Origin: Planctomycetota bacterium
GTDB lineage: Bacteria > Planctomycetota > Planctomycetia > JALXBF01
Assembly: GCA_026991575.1 (NCBI GenBank)
Contig: JALXBF010000115.1
Coordinates: forward strand, 1-52,563
Length of the DNA stretch: 52,563 nucleotides
Direction: 5' to 3'
Below are positions 28,013 to 38,970 of the stretch, in pieces. Position 1 is the stretch's first letter. Each line of letters starts with the position of its first letter. The position numbers and the translations under genes were made by a program. Below the pieces are notes generated by a model, which saw nothing but the letters and a program-made list of their open reading frames with translations, was not told where the DNA came from and ran no database searches.

Positions 28013-28361
28013 TGCCGCTGACCTCGCTCGTTCGCGTAAGCAGCTCAGCGCGAGCCGCACTACGATGCGAAGTGCCTTCCCAAAGCATGGGGAACCTACC
28101 ATGGCGCGCTGCGCACGTGGCAACCAAGCACACTCCGCGAGAGCAGCTTGCAGCCGGCAACTCCGCGCCGGCCCAGGCGCACGCCGAGCGTTACAACTTC
28201 GATCATATGGCACCGCCGGGGCCGACCATACGGCAGGGCCGCCACTGACCAGAGGGGGACCGTGGCACGCAGCCGTCCCATCGCCTTAAGACGAGACGAA
28301 CAACCGGCCGGGGGCGATCTATCGGGGTTTCCTCACGGTGCCGGCGGTCCGGCGGCAGCAC

Positions 28362-29861
28362 CTAACGGAGTCGGATCGCCGGTTTGATCGTCCAGGCCTG
28401 CCGCTTAGCCAACTCCATCATCTCCGGCGCACGGAAGCCCGGCGGGAAGATCACCCAGCCCCAGAGGCCGGCTTGGTCATCAGCCACGTAGGAAGCTGCG
28501 GTCAGGGTCGCTGGCTCAATGAGCACACGCTCGTCCGGCCCCGGCACTTCGCCGCGGGCAACGTAACGGGCAAGCGCCATGTAGAACGACTCCGGTGCGA
28601 CCACCTTGCTACCCAGCCACACCGCGGGAGGCACGGCGCGGTGGTAGCGAACGTAGTCCAGCACGTCGCGTACCGTGCGGTTGAACTGGCTGCCATCGGT
28701 CTCCACAGCTTCGTGCTCGACAGTTGGCTCGGTCGGGCCCAGCGGTGTGAAAGGTAGTGTAGGCCGCGGACTCGAGGCCCCGTCCAGGCGAGCAGCATGG
28801 GCAGCCAGCATCAGGTAGAAGATTTCCGACGCGCTCAGCGCATAGATCCTCCGGTGCACCTGCCACGTCACGCCACGCTCCAGTGCCGCGTCTGCCAGCG
28901 GTTCGGCAAGGAACCGGTGCCCGATGCTGCGGTCCTCGTACAGTGTGACTGCGTCGCGGGCCGTCATGAACCTTACATTGGCGTGGTCCTTGATAAAGCG
29001 CACGTACTGCTCGAAGTTCCGGAACGCCAGTTCGATCTGTTCTGGACGTTTCATCGGAGGAACCTGCCAGCGCTGGCGTGGCGGATTGGCCCCGCGGCTG
29101 AAGTTCACGCCGTCCCAGAACTTGGCGTGGACGAACTCACACGGATGGTAGACGATGCTGACCGGTCCACCCCCTTCGCCGATCAGTTGTCGGTAGTGCT
29201 GCTCGAACTCCGCCTTGCCCTCGGCGAGCTGCTCGGGGCGGTCCAGTTCGCAGCGAATCGTAGCGGTGAGGGCATAGAGGTTCAGGATGCCGCAGTACCA
29301 GAAAGGCTTGCCATCGAGTTGCACGTGTCGGCCTGCGTCGAGATAGACGGGGATGCGCCAGTGGCGCATGGCTCCATACTGCTGCGGTCCCCAGGAGCTG
29401 CCGGGTTGCCCGTAACAGCTCGGCAGCATCCCGAAGATCCGGGCAACGTCACGTACGCCCGGTCCTTCGCGCCGGATGAACTCACGCACACCTTCGTGCC
29501 AGCCGAGCCGCGACAGGTACAGTGCAGGCGTCGGCTGAACGCTGTGGTAGTTAGCGTGAAAGCCGATATCGTGCCGCTTCAGCGCCTCGATCACGTCCTG
29601 TCTGCCGCGTGCCTCAAGGACGCGCGCCTTCTCGCCGACCAGCTTGAACGTGGCCCGCACGCCCAGGCCTGTCAGGAACTCTGCCAGCCTCTTGGCAGCG
29701 TCGTCAGACTGTGGCAGGAGATAGTCTTCGGTATCGAACCACAGGTAGACGTCGACGACCGACCGCTTCCCAGGTGCCTGGCCTGGGACCGCTGTCGCGC
29801 TGGACACGACAGCGAGCGTTACCAGGGCGGTGACCACACAACGCATCAGCCTGTGCACCAT
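28362..29861 (-). CDS. Polysaccharide deacetylase (NodB/CE4-like) domain protein
   Basis: LWFDTED, GVRATF, HDIGFHANYHS metal-binding motif, YHPCEF; signal peptide. Start uncertain. Confidence 0.65.
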   Translation of the reverse strand: MVHRLMRCVVTALVTLAVVSSATAVPGQAPGKRSVVDVYLWFDTEDYLLPQSDDAAKRLAEFLTGLGVRATFKLVGEKARVLEARGRQDVIEALKRHDIGFHANYHSVQPTPALYLSRLGWHEGVREFIRREGPGVRDVARIFGMLPSCYGQPGSSWGPQQYGAMRHWRIPVYLDAGRHVQLDGKPFWYCGILNLYALTATIRCELDRPEQLAEGKAEFEQHYRQLIGEGGGPVSIVYHPCEFVHAKFWDGVNFSRGANPPRQRWQVPPMKRPEQIELAFRNFEQYVRFIKDHANVRFMTARDAVTLYEDRSIGHRFLAEPLADAALERGVTWQVHRRIYALSASEIFYLMLAAHAARLDGASSPRPTLPFTPLGPTEPTVEHEAVETDGSQFNRTVRDVLDYVRYHRAVPPAVWLGSKVVAPESFYMALARYVARGEVPGPDERVLIEPATLTAASYVADDQAGLWGWVIFPPGFRAPEMMELAKRQAWTIKPAIRLR

Positions 29862-29910
29862 CTTCGGTAACTCCACGGAAAGGACAGCGGGGCGGTAGGC
29901 CAGGTTGTGG

Positions 29911-31749
29911 TTAGACGTCGATCGGTTCTTCTTCATACTCAAGGATTACCCGATGGCGAGGTTTCAGATACCCGCGACGCACGGCTTCCTCGGAGAGGCG
30001 TACCGTATCGCGTGGCAGAGTATCGTCCGGCTCGCCAACCACAGCATGGACGGACCGCAAACCCCCTAACCACCAACGCGCGTCGCACACGTAGACAACA
30101 TCACCTTGCTGGAGGTCCAGTTCCTTCATGGTCTCCGGATGCAGATGCAGCCGCGGATCGGTTCCGGGGACGACCTGCACTCGAAATCGACGGTGCCAGA
30201 TGTCGTGCCGCGCCCGACGTCGCGCCGGCCGGGGTCGCGGGATGTGGAACCACGTGAGGCGGTCTGCAGCGCTCTCGGCAGCCGGGACCAGGTAGGTCGC
30301 GGCGACGGCGATAACCAACGAGGTCACCAGCCCGAACAGGCTACGCATGTGGGAGTAACCTTCGGAGGGATCAACCCCGTGGGCAAAGGGGGTTACCAGC
30401 GCGGGGTAGTTCAGAGCGGTGATCATCAGGATCATGCCCAGCACCATGGCGATGATGGCCGCGCGAGCGTGGAAGCGAGGCCAGAGCATCGCCAGCGCCA
30501 GCGGCACGGCCAGCGGAGGTGCCACGGTGGAGAGAAAGTCGCTGAGTGCCTGATAGATCGTGTCGTAGTGTTGGAAGACCGGAATGAGACTGATGCCGAG
30601 AACGGCTGACACGATAGCCACGATCCGAGCGACGGTCAGGTAATGCTGGTCGCTCCGGCCCGGCAGGACGGGTCGGTAGACATCGTTGACGCCGATGGCA
30701 GCTACAGCGGTGATCAGCGTATCGAGCGTACTCATCAGAGCGGCCACCACTGCGGCCAGAACCAGCCCCTGGAAGCCGGGGCCGCACACCTTACCGGTCA
30801 CCGCCACGAAAATGTTGCCTGCATCGACGTCCTCGGGCAGAATACCCCGCTCGACCATGGCTCGTCCGGCCCAACCGGCGCCGCTGACCGCCACCGCCGC
30901 AACGGGCATAAGCACCACGACGACGAACAGCATCGCTTTGCGCCCCTCACGCACCGAGCGGGCTGACAGGAACCGCATCAGCACCCCCTGGTTGATGAAG
31001 TAAAACGCGAACGTGGCGGTCATGGCATCGTTCCAGAAATTCCCCACGGCATGCAGATAGGGAGGCGTATTGAACCGGGCAAACGGGAACCTGTGATGGT
31101 AGGGCAACGCCGCCCAAAACTCGGCCAGGCCACCCACTTCGGCGATACCCAACAGGAAAACGCCAATGCCGGCGGCCAGCAACAGAAGTCCCTGGAACAC
31201 GTCGGTGGCGAGAACGGAAGTCTGGCCACCGGCATGCAGATAGATGCCCGAGATCAGCGCCATCAGCGCGGCACCGTACACCTCAGGCATGCCAAAGACG
31301 CCCTTCATGATCCGGCCGATCGTCAACAGGTTCACTGCCACGTAGCCCTGCAGGTAGACCAGCAGGATGAGTGTCACAACGAAACGGACCTGCCAGTTGA
31401 ACCGGCCGTGAAAGTATTCGGGGACGGAAGTGATCCGGTGGTAGTACATCAGAGGGAACCAACCGAACAGGAACAGCGGCAGGACGAACCATTCGTTCGT
31501 GTACGGCGTCATCGCGCAGAAGCCGTACTTGAAACCCACCTCAGAGTACTGGACGAAGCTGTACGATCCGACGAGTGTGGCCACGCAGGACATTGCCAGC
31601 ACCCACCAATGGAACCGGCGTCCTGCGAAGAAGAAGTCGGCCGTACTCTTGGTAAACTTGCCGAACCAGGTGCCGATGGCCAGGACAAGCACGAAATAGA
31701 GCGCTACGACGATGTAATCGGCCAGCACCAACTCGGTGGCACGGCTCAT
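29911..31749 (-). CDS. Sodium:solute symporter (SSS) with a soluble C-terminal extension
   Basis: DFFFAGRR, SVPEYF..RF, TDVFQG, AALMST motifs; many TM helices. Confidence 0.92.
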   Translation of the reverse strand: MSRATELVLADYIVVALYFVLVLAIGTWFGKFTKSTADFFFAGRRFHWWVLAMSCVATLVGSYSFVQYSEVGFKYGFCAMTPYTNEWFVLPLFLFGWFPLMYYHRITSVPEYFHGRFNWQVRFVVTLILLVYLQGYVAVNLLTIGRIMKGVFGMPEVYGAALMALISGIYLHAGGQTSVLATDVFQGLLLLAAGIGVFLLGIAEVGGLAEFWAALPYHHRFPFARFNTPPYLHAVGNFWNDAMTATFAFYFINQGVLMRFLSARSVREGRKAMLFVVVVLMPVAAVAVSGAGWAGRAMVERGILPEDVDAGNIFVAVTGKVCGPGFQGLVLAAVVAALMSTLDTLITAVAAIGVNDVYRPVLPGRSDQHYLTVARIVAIVSAVLGISLIPVFQHYDTIYQALSDFLSTVAPPLAVPLALAMLWPRFHARAAIIAMVLGMILMITALNYPALVTPFAHGVDPSEGYSHMRSLFGLVTSLVIAVAATYLVPAAESAADRLTWFHIPRPRPARRRARHDIWHRRFRVQVVPGTDPRLHLHPETMKELDLQQGDVVYVCDARWWLGGLRSVHAVVGEPDDTLPRDTVRLSEEAVRRGYLKPRHRVILEYEEEPIDV

Positions 31750-31997
31750 GCGCGTGTCTCCGCGGTCAGTGCCACTGCGGCTTGATCACTGACTGGTGGT
31801 TCCTGGGACGCGGCCCAGATCCAGATGGCGTGGACGGTTGCAAACAACAGCAGCCCTGCCACCAGGGCCAGCAGCGTGCGGCGGTCGGCAGGACGGTTCA
31901 AATCGATGGCGCCAGCCCGAACGCCGGCCACCAGGCTAGCCAGAAACACGCAGCCGCCGACGCCGTAGACGTACACGTACGGCAACCACGGCCCCAT
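31746..31997 (-). CDS. Small two-TM membrane protein, translationally coupled to the SSS transporter
   Basis: GGGAGG RBS, two hydrophobic segments, ATGA overlap with the SSS start. Small partner genes upstream of SSS genes are a known arrangement. Confidence 0.65.
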   Translation of the reverse strand: MGPWLPYVYVYGVGGCVFLASLVAGVRAGAIDLNRPADRRTLLALVAGLLLFATVHAIWIWAASQEPPVSDQAAVALTAETRA

Positions 31998-32695
31998 AGG
32001 CACTAACCTCCCTTCAGTCCACGTGTGGTTCGGCACAAGCGTACCCGAACACCCGGACCAAGGCAAGCTTCGGAGAGCGTTGGGGGGTGATGCCAACCCT
32101 GCCGGGGCTCGGTACAGCCGGCCACCTGGATTAGCCCATGTTCCGTAACCGGGGACGGTCACGACCACGGAACCAGTGACGTGGGCATGCTCGGTCGGCC
32201 AGGCACCTCTTCAGGAGCCCGTAGCGAGGGGTGAACGATCGGAGTCCGCAAAACGATCGGCTGCGCGGCGATCAGGACGGCAAGCGGCCGCAAACGCGCG
32301 CAGCGCAACCTGGCCTGCGAGGCCACGCGTACCCGTTCTGAACTGTCAAAGGCCACTGCCGATCCGGTGACCTCTGGCATCTGGGGCAACGGCGGTTGAA
32401 CTGCCATCCGGGTGCGGTGTTCGCGGTTAGCCCAGCAGAAACGGGGGCGCCACACCGATGTCAGCTGGCCGGTGGTGGGCTGACGGGACACGGCGAACAA
32501 ACTCCAGACGCCGACGTCCGCAGCCTGCTCAGTCGAACCTGCCCTCGGCAGCGATGCCGCACGGCATCGGGACAAGCAGTGCACACCATAGGCTGCTCCG
32601 TGTCTTTGTGCCCCGATCCTTTCTCAATGGGGACGACACGTTCATCGGCCCTTCCGCGCAGGGGGAGCGCTTGTGAGCTCAACTGCGACCGCTTC

Positions 32696-33806
32696 TCAGA
32701 GCTCGTTCCGCCGTAAACCAGGGTCCGAGACGGTGGTCTCTACCGTTGGCGCTCGGCGGCGTGTCGGCTCTTGCGCCGGGCGGTTGTTACGAGGGGCTCG
32801 CAGGATCTGGCGGATGGCTTCCGAACGGAGCTCGTGACGCTTCTCCTCTACCTCAAGCCACCGCTTGCGTAACCGGTCGGTCAGCCGTTGCTCGAGCAGA
32901 TCGAGTTCAGAACGCACCCTGCTGACGAACCTGTCCCTTGTAGCTCTTCGGTAGGCCCAGTCAATCAGCAGCCCGACGACTCCGGTGTGAACCACAGTGA
33001 TAGGTGCCGTCCGTGTCAATTCAACTAGAAGGTCCGTGACCAGCTTCTTGACCAGCTGATTGCCTAGTTCGGCGCCGAGCTTCCCACCGGCCTGCCGTGC
33101 AGCCTGGCGCAGAGCGGACTCGTAGGCTTGCTTAACCTGGATGCTAGTTGCACCCTCGGGAAAGCCACTGGATCCGGTTCGCAGCTCCCGTTGAAGGGCC
33201 CGCAGGAGCTTTTCCTCTTCACGTTGCAATAGCGTCACATACCTCTCCGTCGCCCTGCGCACAGCCAGTTCAACGGCGTCTTCACTCAGCACCTTCTCCG
33301 AGAACTCCTTCGCCACGGCTCTCGAGAGTTCCGCCTTCCGGCCCGTGACGACACACCGCAGCACATAGACCCGCCAGGACCAGGACATGAGCCCGTCGAC
33401 GAATTCGGGCACGCGCGCCTTGGCCCGATCAATCGCTGCATGCACAGGAATCAGGCAATAAGGCAGCCTGTGCTTCACGTTCAAGTGGGTTTCACGCAGC
33501 AGTGCCTCGATCTTGGGGGGTAAAGGCTTTCTACGCGGGTGCTTCTTGCCCTGCAGCCTCGCCGTACGGTCGGCCTCCTTTGCTGAGCCGGATCTGTTGC
33601 GGCCGCCCTCTTGGGACCGCACACCGAACGACGGGTTGCCTGGAGTCTGTGACACGCAGAAGCGTGCGGCACCGCCAGCTAAACTGCCACGTTCCGGGAC
33701 ACAGGAGAGCCGCTCAGCACGGGCCCAAGGTGTTGACTCGCTTGCCACGCTGACCAGGAACCAGCACAGCAACGCCGCGAACTCGGCGGAACTCGCGGAA
33801 CTCATG
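32696..33806 (-). CDS. Hypothetical helical protein
   Basis: Long ORF with a protein-like helical core (AAIDRAKARVPEFVDGLMSW...). Start poorly defined; no family recognised. Confidence 0.5.
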
Positions 33807-34342
33807 CCATTTCCCCCATGACGACCACTAGCGGACGGCCTGCAGTCTTGCCCAGATCCGCACCGCAAACAGGGCATGCCCCTCGGGGGCTCACCAGGCT
33901 ATACGATCCAATTTAACAAATTCGCCAGGACTGGCACCTCGCGGCTGCACGCACCAAGCCATCGGTGAGCCATCCGGTACGGGCGTGCGGCAGGCACGGC
34001 GTAAGCCGGGCGGTCAAGGAAAGGGGCTGCAGGCGCCGCTTCGCGGGGCCCAGCAAGGCAACCCGGCGTTCGCTCTTGGGCCGCCCGGGCGACAGCCAGA
34101 GTCGCTACCGCGTCTTTGCGCGAACCGAGGCGCTGGGCTGCCTACTGCCGCATCTCCGCATCGAGCGTCGTCCACAGAGTCTCCAGCGCTTCCTCAGGCC
34201 GGGCATAGCGGAGCCCGATCTCCCCGTCAGCCATTAGGCACCATTGCGTGAGCTCGCGTGCCAGGCCGGCGTGCGCCAGAACGTTGACGCGGCCGTTGGC
34301 GCATCCAGCGCGGCTGGTTTGAAGGGTCTTCCGGATGCGTGA

Positions 34343-35512
34343 CTAGCTCAGCGTTTGTAGCGAGCGCCTTACGACTCGCGTCGCCAGAAGCACCGCGGCC
34401 GCAGCAAAGGCCGCGAGAGCGGCCAGGTTCGGCAGCAGCACCTCGAAGACATCACCAGCCAGAAACGCTGTCTGCAGACAGCTCACCAGATACCTGGGCG
34501 GGAACAAATAGGTTGCGTACTGCAGAGCGGTTGGCATGGAGCGGATCTCAAACACGAACCCTGACAACATGAACGATGGCAGGAAAGCGATGATCATCGT
34601 CGCCTCCGCGGAGACGAACTGAGATTTCGCCACGGTGGAAATCGTCAGCCCGACGGCCAGCGAGACGACCAGGTACAGGGCGCTTGCTGCCGCCAGCACC
34701 CAGTAGCTTCCCCTGAACGGCACGCCAAAGACGACGATTGCCATGACAAACGTGAACGCTGCCCCTGCAGTGCCGAGCACGAAGTAGGGGGCAAGCTTTG
34801 CCAGCACCAGCTCGGCCGGCCCCAGCGGCGTACTTTGCAGTTTTTCGATTGTTCCCTGCTCATACTCGCGCGCCACGACCAACGCGGTTAACATCGCACC
34901 TAGCAACGTCAGAATCACGGCCGTGGTCCCGGGCACCAGGTAGTAGCTGCTGTCCACGCGCTGGTTGAACCACAGCCGTCCTTCCAGGTACACCCCCCCG
35001 CGGCTGGTGTTTGCCTCGGCCAGCCGAATTGCTGCCGAAAGGTAGGCGCGCGCGAGCTGGGCCGTATTGGCATCCGTCCCGTCAACCAGAACCTGAACCT
35101 CGCCCCCTCGGCCCAGGCGGTGCATGCGAGCGGGGAAGTCAGAGCGGATGCGGACGATTGCCAGAACGTCACCTCGTGCCAGCAGCCGCTCCGCGTGCGC
35201 CATCCCCGCGACAACCCTCGGTTCGATGTATGGCGATCCCTCAAGACGCGCCAGGACCTCGCTGACCGAGGGTGTGAGTCCGTCGTGGACCACGGCCACC
35301 GGTAGGTGCTCCAGATCGAGCGAGACGCCGTACCCGAACAGGACAAGCAGCAGAAGCGGCAGCACAAACGCGATCCCGAAGCTGCTCGGGTCTCGCACGA
35401 TTTCGATCAGTTCCTTGCGGCCCATTGCCAGGACGCGACGGACCGCACCCCCGTGGCGAACGCTACGGGCCATGTTCTGAGCACTCCGCCCTCGAGCTTG
35501 CATCCTCTTCAT
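34343..35512 (-). CDS. ABC-2 type exporter permease (YbhS-like)
   Basis: KELIEIVRDPSS, VQVLVDGTDANTA, WFN, AREYEQGTIE, MLSGFVFEI. Confidence 0.9.
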   Translation of the reverse strand: MKRMQARGRSAQNMARSVRHGGAVRRVLAMGRKELIEIVRDPSSFGIAFVLPLLLLVLFGYGVSLDLEHLPVAVVHDGLTPSVSEVLARLEGSPYIEPRVVAGMAHAERLLARGDVLAIVRIRSDFPARMHRLGRGGEVQVLVDGTDANTAQLARAYLSAAIRLAEANTSRGGVYLEGRLWFNQRVDSSYYLVPGTTAVILTLLGAMLTALVVAREYEQGTIEKLQSTPLGPAELVLAKLAPYFVLGTAGAAFTFVMAIVVFGVPFRGSYWVLAAASALYLVVSLAVGLTISTVAKSQFVSAEATMIIAFLPSFMLSGFVFEIRSMPTALQYATYLFPPRYLVSCLQTAFLAGDVFEVLLPNLAALAAFAAAAVLLATRVVRRSLQTLS

Positions 35513-37334
35513 GTTCGATCAGCGCAACGTACGCGTCCTCCAGCGTGCGCACCGACGGATCGAACTGCCGGGCCCGTGCGCGAATCTCGGCGGGCGATCC
35601 TTCGGCGAGCAGCCGGCCTGCGACAAGAATGACCATGCGGTCGCAGTACTCTGCTTCCTCCATGAAGTGAGTCGTTACCAGGACGGTCTTGCCGGCGGCC
35701 GCGAAGCCGTTGATCCGCTGCCAGAACTCGCGTCGCGCAAGTGGGTCGACGCCGGAAGTAGGCTCATCCAGGAAGATCATGTCCGGATCGTGTACCACGG
35801 CACAAGCTAGCGACAACCGCTGCTTGAAGCCCAGCGGCAGCGAACCACTACGCACGTCGCTGTATGGCGTGAGTCCGAAGCTGGCTAGCAGCGATGGCAC
35901 CCGTGCCGCTAGCTGGCGACGGCTCAGCCCATACGCGCGACCGTAGAACCAGAGGTTTTCCTCTGGTGTCAGATCGCCATAGAGCGCGAACTTCTGGGCC
36001 ATGTAGCCGATTCGGCGGCGCAGCGCGATCGGCGAACGGGTCGCGTCGATGCCCGCCACGCGAAGTTCGCCGGACGTCGGCCGCAGTACCCCGCACAGCA
36101 TGCGGAACAGCGTCGTCTTGCCGGCGCCGTTTGCGCCCAGCAGCCCAAAGATTTCCCCCTTCTGCACGGTAAACGTCACGCCCTTGATCGCCTCGAACCG
36201 GCCAAACCGCTTTCGGACGTTGTTGACCTCAATTGCCGGCTGTTGCCAACGTGCTCTCTCTGGCGTGTGCTGCAGCTCGTGCGTCGGCCCCCCCGCACTG
36301 CCCGTCGCGTTGCCATCGGCGGCCTCTTGGCTCGAGCGGCTCGCCGGTGCGAATGCCGGCGGCACTGTTGGCTCCCGCTGCTCACTCAAAGCCAGCGCAA
36401 AGGCTTCGCCGAAACGAGGCTCGGCGACGTGCGCTGTACATCGGCCTGTTTCCCGAGCTGCTGACCGCAACCGCTCAGCCACTTCTTCGGCCCGTTCGGT
36501 TACCAGCACACGAACCTCATCCCCTTCGACCACAGCATCCAAGACCCCCGGGACAGACGCAATCCGAGCCGCCAAGAGCCGCGGCTGCAACGCTCCGTCT
36601 CGACAACTGAGCACTCGACCACGCGCCTGGGCTGTGAACTGATCCGGTGGTCCGCTGTAGAGTAAGCTGCCACGGTCCAGCACCACGGCGTAGTCCGTCG
36701 CAGCCACCTCATCCATGTACGTGGTAGAAAGCACCACCGTGACGCCGCGTTGGACAGCCTGCCGGTAGATCCCCCACATGTCCCGCCGCGACATGACGTC
36801 GACGCCCACGCCAGGTTCATCCAACAGAAGCAACTGCGGGTTGCTGAGCAGTGAACAGATCAGGGCAAGTTTCTGACGCATTCCTCCCGACAGATGCCGC
36901 GCCAGTCGCGACTGAAACTGACCCAGCCGGGCAACCTCCAGCAGTTCCTGGATCCGATTCTTCCGCTCCCTGCCACTGACCCCATACAACGTGGCGAAGA
37001 GCTCTACGTTTTCACGCACACTGAGGTTGTCATACACTCCGCCCGTCTGTGGCATATAGGCGACGTGCCGCTTCAGCTCGGCCGCAGCCGTGCGGATGTC
37101 CCTGCCCAGCACGGTCACCGTACCATCGGCCGCGCCGACGATGCCGGCCAGCAGCCGCAGAAGCGTGGTCTTGCCGGCACCGTCAGGGCCGACAATACCA
37201 ACGATGCGTCGCCGCGGCAGTTGTACTGTGAGCTCGCGCAGAGCCATCGTTCCGCGCCGGCCCGAACGGTACTGGACCGAGACGCCGACCAGCTCGACGG
37301 CAACCTCACTGCTTACATTGCTCACTGCGCTCAT
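35463..37334 (-). CDS. ABC transporter ATP-binding protein with two ATPase domains (YbhF-like)
   Basis: GPDGAGKTT/LSGGMRQK/LLDEP and GANGAGKTT/LPLGFKQR/FLDEPTSGVDP, THFMEEAE. Confidence 0.92.
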   Translation of the reverse strand: MSAVSNVSSEVAVELVGVSVQYRSGRRGTMALRELTVQLPRRRIVGIVGPDGAGKTTLLRLLAGIVGAADGTVTVLGRDIRTAAAELKRHVAYMPQTGGVYDNLSVRENVELFATLYGVSGRERKNRIQELLEVARLGQFQSRLARHLSGGMRQKLALICSLLSNPQLLLLDEPGVGVDVMSRRDMWGIYRQAVQRGVTVVLSTTYMDEVAATDYAVVLDRGSLLYSGPPDQFTAQARGRVLSCRDGALQPRLLAARIASVPGVLDAVVEGDEVRVLVTERAEEVAERLRSAARETGRCTAHVAEPRFGEAFALALSEQREPTVPPAFAPASRSSQEAADGNATGSAGGPTHELQHTPERARWQQPAIEVNNVRKRFGRFEAIKGVTFTVQKGEIFGLLGANGAGKTTLFRMLCGVLRPTSGELRVAGIDATRSPIALRRRIGYMAQKFALYGDLTPEENLWFYGRAYGLSRRQLAARVPSLLASFGLTPYSDVRSGSLPLGFKQRLSLACAVVHDPDMIFLDEPTSGVDPLARREFWQRINGFAAAGKTVLVTTHFMEEAEYCDRMVILVAGRLLAEGSPAEIRARARQFDPSVRTLEDAYVALIEHEEDASSRAECSEHGP

Positions 37335-37870
37335 TCGCTGCCGCAGCGCGTGCCACTCCGGAAGAAACACAGCCAGCTGGTGGTCTGGCCATGCAGGGGC
37401 TTCAGGTGGCGGGTCTGCCAGCTGGTATGCAAGACCGAGCTTCCCTCTCCAGGCGCCACTGCACACCGAGCCCTAAAGCGCGATCACGTGGTGCTAGCTT
37501 CGCTGTATGCTAGGAACCGACGGTGTCTCGTTCAACGATTGCGTTCGCACCCGGTCACGTTCAGTCTTTCTGGACAGGGAACGACGGCGGGTTGGATCCG
37601 CAGGCGGTGGCCCCAAGTTGTCCGACGAGCGCCCGCGCCAGGTGCGGCGGCTTCGACACCGGCTCGAACCGTCAGGGTGCGTCTATCCATGGACAACGAA
37701 GTGTGCCCCGCCACGATCGGCCCTGCTGTCGGGTGGGACGGAAGAAGACCAACCTGCGGCTCATTGCGTCGTGAACCTGCGCGGGGCGCCGCCGAGAGGG
37801 CTCGGTAAGGTGGGGTAGCTTGGCGCCAATCGTCTCGCCGTCCCACGTGTGGGAACGGGATCAGAGCGTC

Positions 37871-38932
37871 CTACTTATGAACCGCCTGATTCTTTTTCTC
37901 TGTGTCCGCTTGCTGCTTTTCCTGTTGGTGTTGAGGCTTGGTTGAACGCAGTGGCACGAAGACATCCACCGGTTGGCCCAGTCTCAAGCGACCCTCGTGG
38001 TTCGACACCCAGACCCGCATCTCGTAGACCAGCTGCGTGCGGAGCTCGGGCGTCTCCACCGTACGTGGCGTAAACTCGGCGACCGGTGCGATATGCCCGA
38101 TCTTCCCCTCAAAGCGTTCGTCCGGATAGGCGTCCGAACGGATCGTGACCCTCATGCCCGGCCGGACACGACCGAGATATGGTTCGGGCAGGAACGCTCG
38201 CACCCAGACCGGATCACTCAGGGCGAGCACGAACACAGGCCGATCCGGTGCTGCGTAGTCGCCTTTCTCCAGCAGCCGCTCTTCGATGATGCCTTTCCCG
38301 GGGGAGCGAAGTTCGGTCTGTTGCAGGCGGTATTCGGCCAGCGCCAGGGCTGCTTCGCGGCGGCGTAGCTCGGCCCTGGCCGCCTCGATATCCTCGACCC
38401 GCGGGCCGGCCAGGACCAGGTCGAGCGTTGCCTTGGCCGCGTTGTACCGGGCCTGCGCCAGGGACAGTGCTGCCAGAGCGTCGTCCACGTCCTGTTGCGA
38501 AGCGGCGCGCGTTTCCAGCAGCCGCACCAGCCGTTGGTAGCGTCGCCTGGCATCGGTCAGCTCCGCCTCGGCACCGGCCACATCCGCCTTCGCTTTACGG
38601 ATCTCTTCCGGTCGGCTGCCGGCCTGCAACGCGGCCAGCTTCTGGCGCTGCTGTTCCAGTGCGCTGCGGGCCTCAAGCACGGCCAGATGGTACGGCTCTT
38701 GACGCAAGCGAGCGAGCACATCGCCGGCCTCAACCTCGTCCCCCTCATCCACCAGCAGCTCGTCGATGAGCTCGGCGACGGCGAACGACAGGTGTACCTC
38801 GCGTACTTCGACATGGCCGCTCAGCCGCAGCTCATCCGGATCAGACCGGTCCCGCAGCCAATCGGCAGGCAGGCACCCCACCGCCGTCAGCGCAAGCGGA
38901 ACAAGCAAGGTCCGTACCCAGCGCCGTGCCAT
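37871..38932 (-). CDS. HlyD family efflux membrane fusion protein (YbhG-like)
   Basis: LSGHVE, VDEGDEVEAGDVLA, GSRPEEI, AEFTPRTVETPELRTQLVY, LRLGQPV. True start ATG 38932 (GGAG RBS). Confidence 0.9.
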   Translation of the reverse strand: MARRWVRTLLVPLALTAVGCLPADWLRDRSDPDELRLSGHVEVREVHLSFAVAELIDELLVDEGDEVEAGDVLARLRQEPYHLAVLEARSALEQQRQKLAALQAGSRPEEIRKAKADVAGAEAELTDARRRYQRLVRLLETRAASQQDVDDALAALSLAQARYNAAKATLDLVLAGPRVEDIEAARAELRRREAALALAEYRLQQTELRSPGKGIIEERLLEKGDYAAPDRPVFVLALSDPVWVRAFLPEPYLGRVRPGMRVTIRSDAYPDERFEGKIGHIAPVAEFTPRTVETPELRTQLVYEMRVWVSNHEGRLRLGQPVDVFVPLRSTKPQHQQEKQQADTEKKNQAVHK

Positions 38933-38970
38933 CGGGCCTCGGTCTCCGCGGCGGTCACTCAGGCAGTCGG

